IMG/VR virus record: IMGVR_UViG_3300044477_000165 | Span: 1 to 48,488 of that record | DNA from: a virus | Lineage: Duplodnaviria; Caudoviricetes | Reading direction: 5' to 3' (one strand) | DNA: 48,488 bases | Part shown: positions 17,829 through 26,946 of the stretch, piece after piece | How positions within the stretch are numbered: the first letter of the stretch is position 1 | How the letters are laid out: each line of letters starts with the position of its first letter | Program-made: the position numbers and the translations under genes | Notes under the pieces: model-generated | The model's input: the letters and a program-made list of their open reading frames with translations, nothing else | Databases searched by the model: none | Told to the model about the DNA's origin: nothing

Positions 17829-18364
17829 CAATCGACCCCGGGTATGCGAAAGCGGGGCAGGGCTCAGCGGTCGCCATCTTCTCACGGGGGGTGTTGTACG
17901 AGACCTATTTCCGTCGCTTCGAAGATACAGACCTCCCATCCCGCTTCGTGTACGGCGACGGGCACGAGGGCGTCGTTGTCGTTGAGCGCCCGCAGCAAGA
18001 CGAGCGCACGCGAAGCATTCCCCCCGAAGTCCTCGCTCACCTCTCGTGGGCGGGGGCCGCCCTCGCGTATCGCTACGCGGGCATGCTCGGCTGCCCTGTT
18101 GTCGAATACACGCCGACGCAGTGGAAAGGCAGCGTTCCGAAGCCCGTGCACCACGGGCTCCTGTGGAAGGTCCTGAGCGCGGGGGAACGTTCCTGCCTCG
18201 GCGGCGCGGCAACGCTCGCGCAGATCAATCGCGCGAAGGAAAAAGGCGCGCTCGACCGTTGGAAGAAAGCAGGCGGCGACTACTACCCCGAATCATGGCT
18301 CGTACACAATCTACTGGACGCCGCGTGTCTCGGCGCCTTTCACCTCGGAAGGATCGGAAAATGA
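17819..18364 (+). CDS. RuvC-like Holliday junction resolvase
   Basis: IAIDPG, VVERPQ, PTQWK, HNLLDAACLG. Confidence 0.8.
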   Translation: MLIAIDPGYAKAGQGSAVAIFSRGVLYETYFRRFEDTDLPSRFVYGDGHEGVVVVERPQQDERTRSIPPEVLAHLSWAGAALAYRYAGMLGCPVVEYTPTQWKGSVPKPVHHGLLWKVLSAGERSCLGGAATLAQINRAKEKGALDRWKKAGGDYYPESWLVHNLLDAACLGAFHLGRIGK

Positions 18365-18570
18365 TCGCCCTACTCACCCTTTTCGTGTGGCTTTACGGTG
18401 CGCTCGCGATCAGTACGTTCTGCGTGACGCGCGCGTGGCACATCCACACGTGGGGCAGGTGGACACGCGCGGACGCGCTTTACGTGCTATGCGTGAGCCT
18501 CACCGTCGGGCCGTTCATCGCGATCGTGGCGTTCGCTCGAGCGATTTGGCGGAGCCTGCGCCGTGGCTGA
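18361..18570 (+). CDS. Small membrane protein (2 predicted TM segments)
   Basis: Two hydrophobic stretches, ATGA overlap. Confidence 0.65.
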   Translation: MIALLTLFVWLYGALAISTFCVTRAWHIHTWGRWTRADALYVLCVSLTVGPFIAIVAFARAIWRSLRRG

Positions 18571-19375
18571 TCTCACCGTCCTATGCGGCGATTGCCGCGA
18601 CTACATCCCCTATGAGGACGTGATGATCACGGATCCGCCCTACAGCGAGCGCGTGCATCGGAATCCTATTTCGACGCATACGCTCGCGTCGGGCGGGCCC
18701 GCGCCGCGCGACTTCGGCTTCGCGCATCTCGACGAATCGCTTCGCGAATACATCGCCCTTTGCGCGAGTGCCGTGCGGCGGTGGTCGGTCGTGTTCGCGG
18801 ATCTTCAGGGTGGGACCGCGTGGGATGACGCGATGCGCGCCGCGAGCGTCGAACCCATTCGGTGGCTCCCGTGGGTGCGGTGGTCGCAGCCGCAGATCTC
18901 CGGTGACCGCCCGCCCTCCGGCGCCGAGCTCGTGCTCGTCTACCACGCCATGACCGCGAAGGGCAAGCCGATCGCAAAGCATTGGAACGGCCCCGGGAAC
19001 CTGACACACTTCGAGCACAAGGCTTTGCGCGGCGTCGATAAGCACCCCACCGAGAAACCCCTGGACCTGATGGTCGCGCTCGTGTCGGCTTTCAGCGACC
19101 CCGGCGAAACCGTATACGATCCGTGCTGCGGGCGCGGCACGACCGCGAAGGCCTGCCAGCTTTTGGGGCGCGGCTTTATCGGCTACGAACAGCAAGAGCG
19201 CTGGGCCAACGCAGCGCGAGCGAGGCTCGACGCACAAATAACTGGACCCGAGCGCGAGCGGGTGCTAGCTTGGTGCGACGCCATCGAACTGCACGCCAAA
19301 GAGGCGTGCAACAATGAAACACGTGCCGCGGCAATGCTGCGGGATGCGGCTACGTGCCGCGAAAGGATCACATGA
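18563..19375 (+). CDS. DNA methyltransferase (N6-adenine/N4-cytosine, beta class)
   Basis: TDPPY catalytic motif precedes HPTEKP and the SAM-binding DPCCGRGTT. Confidence 0.9.
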   Translation: MADLTVLCGDCRDYIPYEDVMITDPPYSERVHRNPISTHTLASGGPAPRDFGFAHLDESLREYIALCASAVRRWSVVFADLQGGTAWDDAMRAASVEPIRWLPWVRWSQPQISGDRPPSGAELVLVYHAMTAKGKPIAKHWNGPGNLTHFEHKALRGVDKHPTEKPLDLMVALVSAFSDPGETVYDPCCGRGTTAKACQLLGRGFIGYEQQERWANAARARLDAQITGPERERVLAWCDAIELHAKEACNNETRAAAMLRDAATCRERIT

Positions 19376-19773
19376 ACGAAATTACCAAAGCAATCGCTGA
19401 TCTGATCAACACCCTCAACGGCGGCGCGAAGGACGCCGCGACCGCGTTGCGTGACCACGCCCCGCAAGCGTGGGCCATCGTCGTTAGACAGGTCTACGCG
19501 GAGGCGTGGCTGTCCCTCATGGGGTGGCTTGTGTTTGCCTGCGTCCTCGCGGGCTTCGCTATCGCACTGTGGCGGGAGGCGCGAAGGCTAGCGAAGAGCG
19601 AGAATCTCACCGAAAGGGACGACGGGACAGGACTCGCCATTGGCGCGTCGATCGTGGGCACAGCGGCGATCATCGTGGCGCTCGTCTCGTGCGCGAGCTA
19701 CGTGCAGGTGCTTCTGACGCCCGAATACGCCGCAGCGGAACGCGTGCTCGAGCTCGTGCGGGGGACGCGATGA
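19372..19773 (+). CDS. Membrane protein (2 predicted TM segments)
   Basis: AAGGA RBS, two hydrophobic helices. Confidence 0.75.
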   Translation: MNEITKAIADLINTLNGGAKDAATALRDHAPQAWAIVVRQVYAEAWLSLMGWLVFACVLAGFAIALWREARRLAKSENLTERDDGTGLAIGASIVGTAAIIVALVSCASYVQVLLTPEYAAAERVLELVRGTR

Positions 19774-20240
19774 TCACCAAGGCACTCGACGCAATCCTCG
19801 AGTTCCCCCACGCCCTGAGCGCGTGCGTCACCCTCGCCCGCGAGGTGCGCGACGACTTGCGTGCGCAGCTCGAAGCCGAGCAAAGGGAGACCGAGCGCCT
19901 CCGCCAGGCGTTCAAGGTCGAAGCCACGGAGTGTGCACGGCTACGCTTCGCGCTAAACGCAGCCGCGGCGGACCGCGACAAGAAAATCGCGGAACTCGAA
20001 GAGCTGCGTGACGCTATCCTCTCGGACTGCGCCGCGCGGGCCCGGGAGCGTGACGAGCTCGCGCGCCAGCTCGACTGGCTGCTGCGCGAGCGTCGGGGCC
20101 CCTGTCCGTTCCCGCCCAGGACGTGGGTGTTCTGGATAGATGACGGGGCCCCGCTGGGATGCGAAGCCGAGGACGTCGATGCTTCTGACGAGTGGCGCCC
20201 CGCAAATCTCGATCTTTATGAATGCTTCAAGGAGATCTAA
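19770..20240 (+). CDS. Coiled-coil hypothetical protein
   Basis: ATGA overlap, heptad-rich sequence. Confidence 0.7.
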   Translation: MITKALDAILEFPHALSACVTLAREVRDDLRAQLEAEQRETERLRQAFKVEATECARLRFALNAAAADRDKKIAELEELRDAILSDCAARARERDELARQLDWLLRERRGPCPFPPRTWVFWIDDGAPLGCEAEDVDASDEWRPANLDLYECFKEI

Positions 20241-20241
20241 C

Positions 20242-20373
20242 GTGAACGAAATTGCAATCACCCAAGCGCGATTCGGCGAACCCGACGATGACTACGACGA
20301 CGACGAGCTCGATTCCGAGCCTGTGCCTGAGGACCCATGGGACGACGATGACACGGAGGATCAAATCACATGA
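20242..20373 (+). CDS. Tiny, highly acidic protein (43 aa)
   Basis: AGGAG RBS and GTG start. Contains EPDDDYDDDELDSEPVPEDPWDDDDTED. Confidence 0.6.
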   Translation: MNEIAITQARFGEPDDDYDDDELDSEPVPEDPWDDDDTEDQIT

Positions 20374-20738
20374 AGAACATCTATGACAAGCCACGGTTCG
20401 AGAGCCTGCGTAGTCGCCTCGCGAATGTAAAGGCTTCGTGGGGCGCGGAGGCACGAGGCCACTACCCGCCGGGTCTCCGCCGTGAAGTGTCCGAGTATCT
20501 GCGTGATGCGCGGAAAGCAATGGGGCAGTCTCCAAATAGCCTGGGTCCGGCGTTAGGGATCAAGATCGTGACCGCCTACAAATGGGCCGAAACGGACACG
20601 CGAGAATCGGTCCCTCCACCGGAGAGCGAGCCCGCGCGCCCAGCTCTAGCCATCACGGGACCCGGCGGATTCCGCGTCGAGGGTCTCACTTTCGATCAAG
20701 CCCTCACCCTGATGCGGTCATGCCAGGAGCCTAGCTAA
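20370..20738 (+). CDS. HTH protein resembling IS66 accessory protein TnpA
   Basis: YPPGLRREV...LGPALGIKIVTAYKW...LAITGPGGFRVEGLTFDQALTLMR matches the TnpA layout by eye. Confidence 0.6.
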   Translation: MKNIYDKPRFESLRSRLANVKASWGAEARGHYPPGLRREVSEYLRDARKAMGQSPNSLGPALGIKIVTAYKWAETDTRESVPPPESEPARPALAITGPGGFRVEGLTFDQALTLMRSCQEPS

Positions 20739-20932
20739 TGACCGACATACCCGATCCCCGACCTGGTTGGTTGCGCGAAGAACTGCACGCCGTGCAGCGC
20801 GAAGCCGAGGAGCGTCCCGAACTACGGGAGCGCGTGGCTGCACACCCGAGCGGCCTGATTGACCCGGACGCGCCGGAAGACGCGCACCCGAGTAACTTCT
20901 TCGATCCCGCGGGATACCTCAGCATGAGCTAG
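20738..20932 (+). CDS. Small hypothetical protein
   Basis: AGGAG RBS, TAATG overlap. Confidence 0.55.
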   Translation: MTDIPDPRPGWLREELHAVQREAEERPELRERVAAHPSGLIDPDAPEDAHPSNFFDPAGYLSMS

Positions 20933-20955
20933 AACTCGCCGACCGTGAGCGCGAC

Positions 20956-21072
20956 ATGCTCACGGCGCGGATTGAGGAACTGCGCGAAGCGTTGCGGAAC
21001 AACAGCGCGCAGATCGAGGCGCTCAAGACCTACGCCTGCGAACTCGAACGTGAAGTGGGTATGCTGAGCTAG
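20956..21072 (+). CDS. Small coiled-coil ORF (38 aa; may be a frameshifted continuation of the previous gene)
   Basis: MLTARIEELREALRNNSAQIEALK... Its TAG abuts the convergent stop. Confidence 0.4.
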   Translation: MLTARIEELREALRNNSAQIEALKTYACELEREVGMLS

Positions 21073-21476
21073 CGCACCGCCGCAACAACGTCGGGGGCCC
21101 GCTGAATCGGCGGCGGGTTTCCCCGGCGTTGCCGTTCGAGCTCCGTCCTCAAGTCGTCGAGCTTGGACGCGACGCGATTTTCGATCGCCCGCACTTCGTC
21201 TTCTCGCAAGGTGGTCGCGGCGTGCGTGCTCTGCTCCGCCTTCTGTGCGCCGATCGATGCGACCTGCACTTGCGTGATTGCACCAATCGCCACCGTGGCC
21301 AGCGTCACGAGACCGCCGATCATGTACTGCGCGTTGCGGTTGCCGCGCTTGATTTCCTCGACGGTCTCGTGGAATTTGGCGACGTCGGTCTTGACCCCCG
21401 CGATCTCTCGCTTGATCTCGACCACACCAAGAGCGGCGGTCTCGGCGATGCTCCTCGCATCCAGGTCGACGCTCAC
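21069..21476 (-). CDS. Lysis-module membrane protein (coiled coil plus 1 TM segment)
   Basis: GTG start overlapping the upstream stop. Hydrophobic YMIGGLVTLATVAIGAI. Downstream of the endolysin. Confidence 0.65.
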   Translation of the reverse strand: MSVDLDARSIAETAALGVVEIKREIAGVKTDVAKFHETVEEIKRGNRNAQYMIGGLVTLATVAIGAITQVQVASIGAQKAEQSTHAATTLREDEVRAIENRVASKLDDLRTELERQRRGNPPPIQRAPDVVAAVR

Positions 21477-21703
21477 CGCCCCCGCCTTTCCAGAAGCGTG
21501 TGCAGCGCGGCGCTGATATCTCGGATCCCCGCAAGCGCAAACGCGACGTTCGCTTCGAGGCGCGCAATCGCCTCGTCCTGCCTGTCGAGCTGCGACCGGA
21601 TGAGCCCGAGATCGAGCGTCAGACCGTCGAGGCGATCGTCGACACTCAGCGGCGCTTGACACGGAATCGTTGGTGCTCCGCCTTCGATTGCTCTGAGGGT
21701 CAT
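21473..21703 (-). CDS. Small coiled-coil protein in the lysis module
   Basis: ATGA overlap with the endolysin stop. Confidence 0.6.
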   Translation of the reverse strand: MTLRAIEGGAPTIPCQAPLSVDDRLDGLTLDLGLIRSQLDRQDEAIARLEANVAFALAGIRDISAALHTLLERRGR

Positions 21704-22416
21704 CGTAGGTCATCTCCCAATAGTGCTGCCCACGTCCGGGGGCCACACACGCCGTCAGGCACGAGGTCGTGGTCAGCCTGCCACCGGCGCAAGTGCATCT
21801 CCGTGACGGGCCCAAACATGCCATCCGCAGCGAGGCCAAGCTCTTGCTGCAGCATCACGACCGCCGGGCCCCTCGAACCCACGCGGACAGTCTCCGGGGC
21901 AGCCGGCACGGCAACCGTGGGCGCGGTGGCACCGTCCGCCGCCGTAATCGAGCGGAGAAGCGCCCGATGATGGTTGGCGATGCGCTCGGCTTCGGTTCGA
22001 CCGTATCCTTCGTAGTAGCCCGTCTCGTGCAGCGCACGGCTCACGCCGTACCAATCGCTCTCGGACGCGGCAACGCGGACACGCTCCCGGCCCCGGTTGA
22101 CGAACGCGACACGCGCGAGGTCGACCCAGCCCTCGAGGGCGGTTCGGTAACGCCGGAAGGAGATCTCATACGGCGTGTTGGTGCCGTCCTTGTTCGGGTG
22201 CGTGTCCGTGTAGACGAACGCGCCCGCGGGGCCCACGCCCTGGATGGCGCCCATGTTGTTACTGCCCCGGCCCGCGCCCTTCCAGCCGTCACCATACGAC
22301 GTCTCGAGGCAAGCGACGCCAGCTAAGGCCTTGACCTCGCCGTCGGTGGGCTTGCGATCGAACAGCGCGACGAGCGCCAGCTGGGCAAGGTTGCGCGCCT
22401 CGGCGTGCGTGGTCAC
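21700..22416 (-). CDS. Endolysin: lysozyme-fold (GH73/glucosaminidase-like) domain plus C-terminal peptidoglycan-binding domain
   Basis: LETSYG...NNMGAI...FRRY...GYY, followed by GSRGPAVVMLQQEL..ADGMFGPVT...DGVCGPRTW. Confidence 0.85.
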   Translation of the reverse strand: MTTHAEARNLAQLALVALFDRKPTDGEVKALAGVACLETSYGDGWKGAGRGSNNMGAIQGVGPAGAFVYTDTHPNKDGTNTPYEISFRRYRTALEGWVDLARVAFVNRGRERVRVAASESDWYGVSRALHETGYYEGYGRTEAERIANHHRALLRSITAADGATAPTVAVPAAPETVRVGSRGPAVVMLQQELGLAADGMFGPVTEMHLRRWQADHDLVPDGVCGPRTWAALLGDDLR

Positions 22417-22874
22417 TTGGCACCCCGCGTCACGGCGTCCAGCGCGAGGCGACTCCGAAGCGGGTCGGGAACGTCGCACTCAGGGCAGCGCACGCGGACG
22501 ATCGCGGCGGTGATCTCGAGTGCATGCACGCGTTGCTCCCACGTGTCGAGCGGAGCCCGATCGGTTTCGGTGAGGATCGCCACGGCGAGCGTCGTGTCCG
22601 CGGTGTCGACCGCGGCAGCTGTTCGAGCGGGCGCGCCGACGGGCACGCACCCGAGCGTGACGAAGAACAGCGCCAGCATCGCGACGGTCTTCGTGACGAC
22701 CGAGGGTTCGTTGCCTTCGGGGTCGACCTTGTTTAGCACGCCGTGCAACACGCGGATCGCGCGGCGCCACGGGGACGTCGGAGCGAGGCGCGCAACGCGC
22801 ACGGACACGATCGAGTTCGCCAGGTAGGCGAGCACCGACGAGAGGACGATCCAGAAGGCTTCCGATTGAAACAT
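22413..22874 (-). CDS. Holin-like or spanin-like membrane protein
   Basis: N-terminal TM segment, and a second hydrophobic segment ending in lipobox-like TLGC. Directly upstream of the endolysin. Confidence 0.6.
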   Translation of the reverse strand: MFQSEAFWIVLSSVLAYLANSIVSVRVARLAPTSPWRRAIRVLHGVLNKVDPEGNEPSVVTKTVAMLALFFVTLGCVPVGAPARTAAAVDTADTTLAVAILTETDRAPLDTWEQRVHALEITAAIVRVRCPECDVPDPLRSRLALDAVTRGAK

Positions 22875-22875
22875 G

Positions 22876-23157
22876 CTATCTCCCGCAGTGGAAATCGTAG
22901 GACGTGGACCCGCCTTTGATGGCCGTCCACTGGCCGAGAATACGGCCGTTTTCGTTCTGCAGGTAGTTTAGCGTGAAGGTGTGCTCGGTGCTCGCGTGAT
23001 CAATTAGCGTCACAGGGCCGACGATCTTCCCGACGTGCACGACGCGGAAAGCAAGTTCGTCGGCGTCCGCCAGTGCGAGGTTCGTCGCGGAAGCCTGCGT
23101 CGGCGCGAGGTGGAGCCATTCGGAGGGGGTTTCGAGCGAGTGGTTGATGCCTGCCAT
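22876..23157 (-). CDS. Small beta-rich tail-fibre-associated protein (93 aa)
   Basis: GAGG RBS. N-terminus shared with 23165-23371. Confidence 0.7.
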   Translation of the reverse strand: MAGINHSLETPSEWLHLAPTQASATNLALADADELAFRVVHVGKIVGPVTLIDHASTEHTFTLNYLQNENGRILGQWTAIKGGSTSYDFHCGR

Positions 23158-23164
23158 GTTGACC

Positions 23165-23371
23165 TCAGATTCCGTAGTATCGTCGAATGAGCGCGACAGC
23201 GGCTGCGCGTTGTTCGGTGTTCGGCACGGCCGAGAGAAGCATCAGTTCATAGGATGCGCCTCTAAGATTACGGGCAGCGCCCGCCAGTGCGAGGTTCGTT
23301 GCGCTTGCACCGGCCAACGCCAGGTGAAGCCATTCGGAGGGGGTTTCGAGTGAGTGATTGATGCCTGCCAT
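23165..23371 (-). pseudogene. Chimeric remnant ORF (68 aa)
   Basis: The first ~30 aa match the downstream gene. The last ~30 aa resemble the C-terminus of the upstream gene (AVALIRRYYGI vs VEAILSRSYGV). Confidence 0.6.
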
Positions 23372-23379
23372 GTTTGACT

Positions 23380-24039
23380 TTAGACTCCGTAAGAGCGTGA
23401 GAGTATAGCTTCGACTTCTGCAGCTTGGTCAGCCGTGACCGCCCCAGCAGCAACTACTGATCCGATCCCGCCAACGAAGTCCAGCCCCGTGTACGCCGCG
23501 CCCGCGCCGCACAAGCGGATACCGGTCCAATCGGGAGCTGCCTTGGTTGCCCGATAAACGTTGACACCCGTAGCGGCTGCCTCTGTTGACACGCCGTTGC
23601 GCCGATGAGTGAAACCGGCCGCGGTCGACCAGTTGCTTGACGCGTTCGTCGCCTGAAATTTGGGCTCGTTGATCGCGTCTGAGCACACGCAATACGCAGC
23701 ACTAGTAAAAGGCAACGCCGGGACTCGCAGCACGGCAAACACCGTGTTTGCTCGCCAAGCCGCAGCCAACCGAAGCGCGCGCCCGGTGCTCGCGGTCACG
23801 TTCGTGAAGCGCCGACCATTGACCAATGTCGTCGGGATCACCCGTGCGCCGTCGAGCGCGAGATCGGTCCCGGTAACTAGCCCCGGGAGCGCGGTCGCGT
23901 TCTCGCTACCGTCAAGCGTAGCGTCGTCAAAACGCCAGTGCCCCAACAGTGCAGAACCAAGCACGCGCACGATCTCGGCGTGCGCATCGAAAGGCTTCGC
24001 CCGAGAGAACCCGAGGCCTAAACCCAACCCCAGCATCAC
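23380..24039 (-). CDS. Tail/virion accessory protein with MLGLGLGLG N-terminus, probable LamG/ConA-like fold
   Basis: GL repeat at the N-terminus, LLGHWRFD, and terminal helix EVEAILSRSYGV. Confidence 0.6.
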   Translation of the reverse strand: MMLGLGLGLGFSRAKPFDAHAEIVRVLGSALLGHWRFDDATLDGSENATALPGLVTGTDLALDGARVIPTTLVNGRRFTNVTASTGRALRLAAAWRANTVFAVLRVPALPFTSAAYCVCSDAINEPKFQATNASSNWSTAAGFTHRRNGVSTEAAATGVNVYRATKAAPDWTGIRLCGAGAAYTGLDFVGGIGSVVAAGAVTADQAAEVEAILSRSYGV

Positions 24040-26192
24040 TCACGCTCCACAATTACGGAAGAGGTGTCGCCAGTGACACCGGTCAAAGTCACCTTGGTTT
24101 GATTCGTTCGCGAGACCGCGATCGGTCCGGGAGTTCCGGCGAACGCGGTCGGCATGACGCGGATCTTACTCGTCGGGAGAACACCCGTGTCGGCGACGTC
24201 AACTGGAGTCGCTCCGTTCAGTGTCGCCGTGGCACGCATCGCAGGACCGCGCAACAGCGTCGGCACGTGGAATTGTGGGATCTTCGTGCCGGCAGGAACC
24301 TCAGCGATAAAGACCGGGGAGACTGCGGCGCCGTAGTCCGTCGGTGTCGCCGCATTTCCGTAAGGGTAGACCCCCAACGAGAACGCGGTGAACGATGCTG
24401 GTGCTACGAACATAAACACGGTTTGCCTGACTCCGCCCGCGCGAATGTGCCTCGCGTCACCAATATCAATCGCATCAAGCACGACGCTACCGGGGTTCAA
24501 GGTGAGCACAACCCGAGAGTAATCCCCCGGCGGCGCGTGGTCATACGCGACGGCTACAGCCACAAGATAGATGTGGCCCTCGGTGAACGTGTGCGCGAGG
24601 CTTCCGATGTTCGCTGCGTACCAGGGTGAGCCGACGGTTCCGACGATCGCGGCGGGCAGCAATGTATCACCAAACCGCGCGGACGACGGATGCAGCCCTG
24701 AGTGGTAGTGTACAACGGCGCCCGTGACAGACGATCCGAGCGACGGCACGCGAGGCAGAAACGCGCAGTCGTCCAGGTTATGGCACACACTGAATCCGGT
24801 ATCGGTGACTACCTGAGGCGGCCACCAACCATTGACGGATTCAATGTTGACCGATCGGAGAATCTTCGCCGGAAGCATGTCATCGACACGACCCTGGTAG
24901 CTACCCTCGACAAGATACGTGTGCTTACGCTCCGGCGTGACGTTGATCGTCGGCGTCACAGAAAACTGTTGCGAACCGTATACACGGACAAGCTCTTTCG
25001 TTGTCGGGGTCACGGCCTCGGAGTAGAAGCCACCCGCTCGCCCCTGGCGAACCATCACCATATTATCGGCGGGCTGCCCTTCTAGATCGATGCTCTCGAT
25101 GACTCCGCCGCGCGAACCGATCCGAATTCCTCCAAGTCCGTTCTGGTAGCAGTAGCAAGTGCGGAAGTCAGAAAGGTCCCAGAAGATCGGCGCGTTGACG
25201 CCGTACTCTCTGTTGTTCGAGAGAAAGCATTGGTTGGCGATAAACTGCGACGCGTAAAGCAGAGAAGCCATGTACGTTGCGTCGACAGAAACGGAGGACC
25301 GTTGCTGGACTATATGACAGTCTGTAATCTTGAGCCCCCGGAACCAGTTCACCCCGCGGATGGTGATCCCGTCAAGACACGCGGAGCGATTGGCTGCCGC
25401 GCGCGTGAACGCAATTCCGTGCATCGTGAGTGACGGAGCGCAAAGGTATTCCGGGTGACCCTCCTCGTAAACCGTGTCTCCGGTGTCGAGCACAACGCCG
25501 TGGCCGTTATGGGCGAACTCAAGGCACGACGTCAGATTTTCGCCTTCAGTCCCAAGGTTCGATCCGATCAGCTGCACGCCGCGCCAGCGGTTCCAAAGCG
25601 TTCGACCCACAACACATCGACCGTACACGCCGACAGGACGTTGGGCGCGACCGGTCGCGCCGAAGGAGTGATCGCCCTCATCCGTATCGAGAAACTCAGC
25701 GTCCGCTGGGAGACCGTTGGCAAACCGCAGAGCCGCGACAAGAGCGCTCACCTGGTCAGCGGAGGACCCTAGTTGCACCCCGAACCAACGCGCATCGACG
25801 ACGCCCGCGTCTCGTCCGCGCCGCACAAGCGCCAGTGTTCCGTTCGTTGCGACCGTTCCGCCGTCGGCAACGTAGGCGCCTCCAGTGTTGTCCACAACAT
25901 CGAACACGCCGCCGCCGCCATCCCCTGCCGTCGTGTGGCAGAGCAAATCAACGACGTCCCCCGCGCGAACGTCGACAGTCGAGAGCGCGGCGAAGTTCGC
26001 CGCCGTGATGGTCGCCTTGATCCGCGCATTGCCTGTCGCGATGCTCACCGCATCTTCGGACAGCGAGAACCGCGTTGCATTCTGCTCGTTGACGACGAGC
26101 ACACCCGGCGTTGCACCACGCACAGCCGACGCATCGAGGACGATGCCGTCCTCGGTTGCCGCGACGAGCTCATCGAGAATTTGAATCGGCAT
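24036..26192 (-). CDS. Tailspike / polysaccharide depolymerase (pectate-lyase-like beta-helix)
   Basis: GDGGGGVF, VDARWFG..DQVSAL and beta-helix-like central repeats. Located after the baseplate genes. Confidence 0.8.
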   Translation of the reverse strand: MPIQILDELVAATEDGIVLDASAVRGATPGVLVVNEQNATRFSLSEDAVSIATGNARIKATITAANFAALSTVDVRAGDVVDLLCHTTAGDGGGGVFDVVDNTGGAYVADGGTVATNGTLALVRRGRDAGVVDARWFGVQLGSSADQVSALVAALRFANGLPADAEFLDTDEGDHSFGATGRAQRPVGVYGRCVVGRTLWNRWRGVQLIGSNLGTEGENLTSCLEFAHNGHGVVLDTGDTVYEEGHPEYLCAPSLTMHGIAFTRAAANRSACLDGITIRGVNWFRGLKITDCHIVQQRSSVSVDATYMASLLYASQFIANQCFLSNNREYGVNAPIFWDLSDFRTCYCYQNGLGGIRIGSRGGVIESIDLEGQPADNMVMVRQGRAGGFYSEAVTPTTKELVRVYGSQQFSVTPTINVTPERKHTYLVEGSYQGRVDDMLPAKILRSVNIESVNGWWPPQVVTDTGFSVCHNLDDCAFLPRVPSLGSSVTGAVVHYHSGLHPSSARFGDTLLPAAIVGTVGSPWYAANIGSLAHTFTEGHIYLVAVAVAYDHAPPGDYSRVVLTLNPGSVVLDAIDIGDARHIRAGGVRQTVFMFVAPASFTAFSLGVYPYGNAATPTDYGAAVSPVFIAEVPAGTKIPQFHVPTLLRGPAMRATATLNGATPVDVADTGVLPTSKIRVMPTAFAGTPGPIAVSRTNQTKVTLTGVTGDTSSVIVERE

Positions 26193-26512
26193 TAGCCCAC
26201 CGTCACTTCCACGCTCGTCGAGCGTATGCGTTTATTGGAGGTGTAGAAGAAACACGAGACGCCCGCGACCTCGAGAACGCGCGGACCCGAGAACGCCCCA
26301 GTCTGAGGAAAGCCGTCAATCGTGAAGCGCGCCGCGCCCCACGCCGCGGGGTAGCCGATGTGGATGCGCTCGGCGTCAGGCGACAGTGCGACGGTGAAGC
26401 CGAGCGAGGGGTCTTCTACGCGCTGCACGAGCGTGAATGTACAGTCCCAGATCGATTCGCCCGTGGCGAAGTACACTGGGGCGTTTCCCTCGGGCGGGGC
26501 GGGGTACGTCAT
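26192..26512 (-). CDS. Tail-associated hypothetical protein
   Basis: MTYPAPPEG..., ATGA overlap, beta-rich. Confidence 0.65.
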   Translation of the reverse strand: MTYPAPPEGNAPVYFATGESIWDCTFTLVQRVEDPSLGFTVALSPDAERIHIGYPAAWGAARFTIDGFPQTGAFSGPRVLEVAGVSCFFYTSNKRIRSTSVEVTVG

Positions 26513-26946
26513 GTGACCCCCGACTCGAGCACCGTACGGTGCCAGACAATCCAGTTGCCGCCCACGAAGCGGAGGTCGATGGTCTCGATGCGTGTCGCGC
26601 CGCCGCTCGAAACAGGATCGCAAATCGCGGCCCCGCTCACATCATAGATGCTCACGGTCGCACCAGCCAACGCTGTGATCCGCAGCGACACTAGGTCACC
26701 GTCAAGAGCGCCGTCGTTCAGCAAGCGCACCGAGCACGTCGCGGCCTCTTCGGCAGAGACGGAAACAACGCGGGCGGTCGTGCTCGCGGTGCCAGCAATC
26801 GCGATCGTCTTCTGTTCGAGATCAGCCAACGCGAGAGAACCGACGCGCGGAACCCGACGGCCTGACGCGGCTTCAACCAGCACCGTCTCAGGGCGGACCG
26901 AAAACATCATGTCGTCGAGCAGGGAGGGGCTAGAATTCAGGGACAT
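26509..26946 (-). CDS. Tail-associated hypothetical protein
   Basis: GGGAG RBS, beta-rich, ends LRFVGGNWIV. Confidence 0.65.
   Translation of the reverse strand: MSLNSSPSLLDDMMFSVRPETVLVEAASGRRVPRVGSLALADLEQKTIAIAGTASTTARVVSVSAEEAATCSVRLLNDGALDGDLVSLRITALAGATVSIYDVSGAAICDPVSSGGATRIETIDLRFVGGNWIVWHRTVLESGVT

Noticed and set aside
23060-23371. DGR or invertible tail-fibre switch
   Set aside because: Differences are mostly synonymous and not A-specific, the repeats are direct, and no RT or invertase is present.
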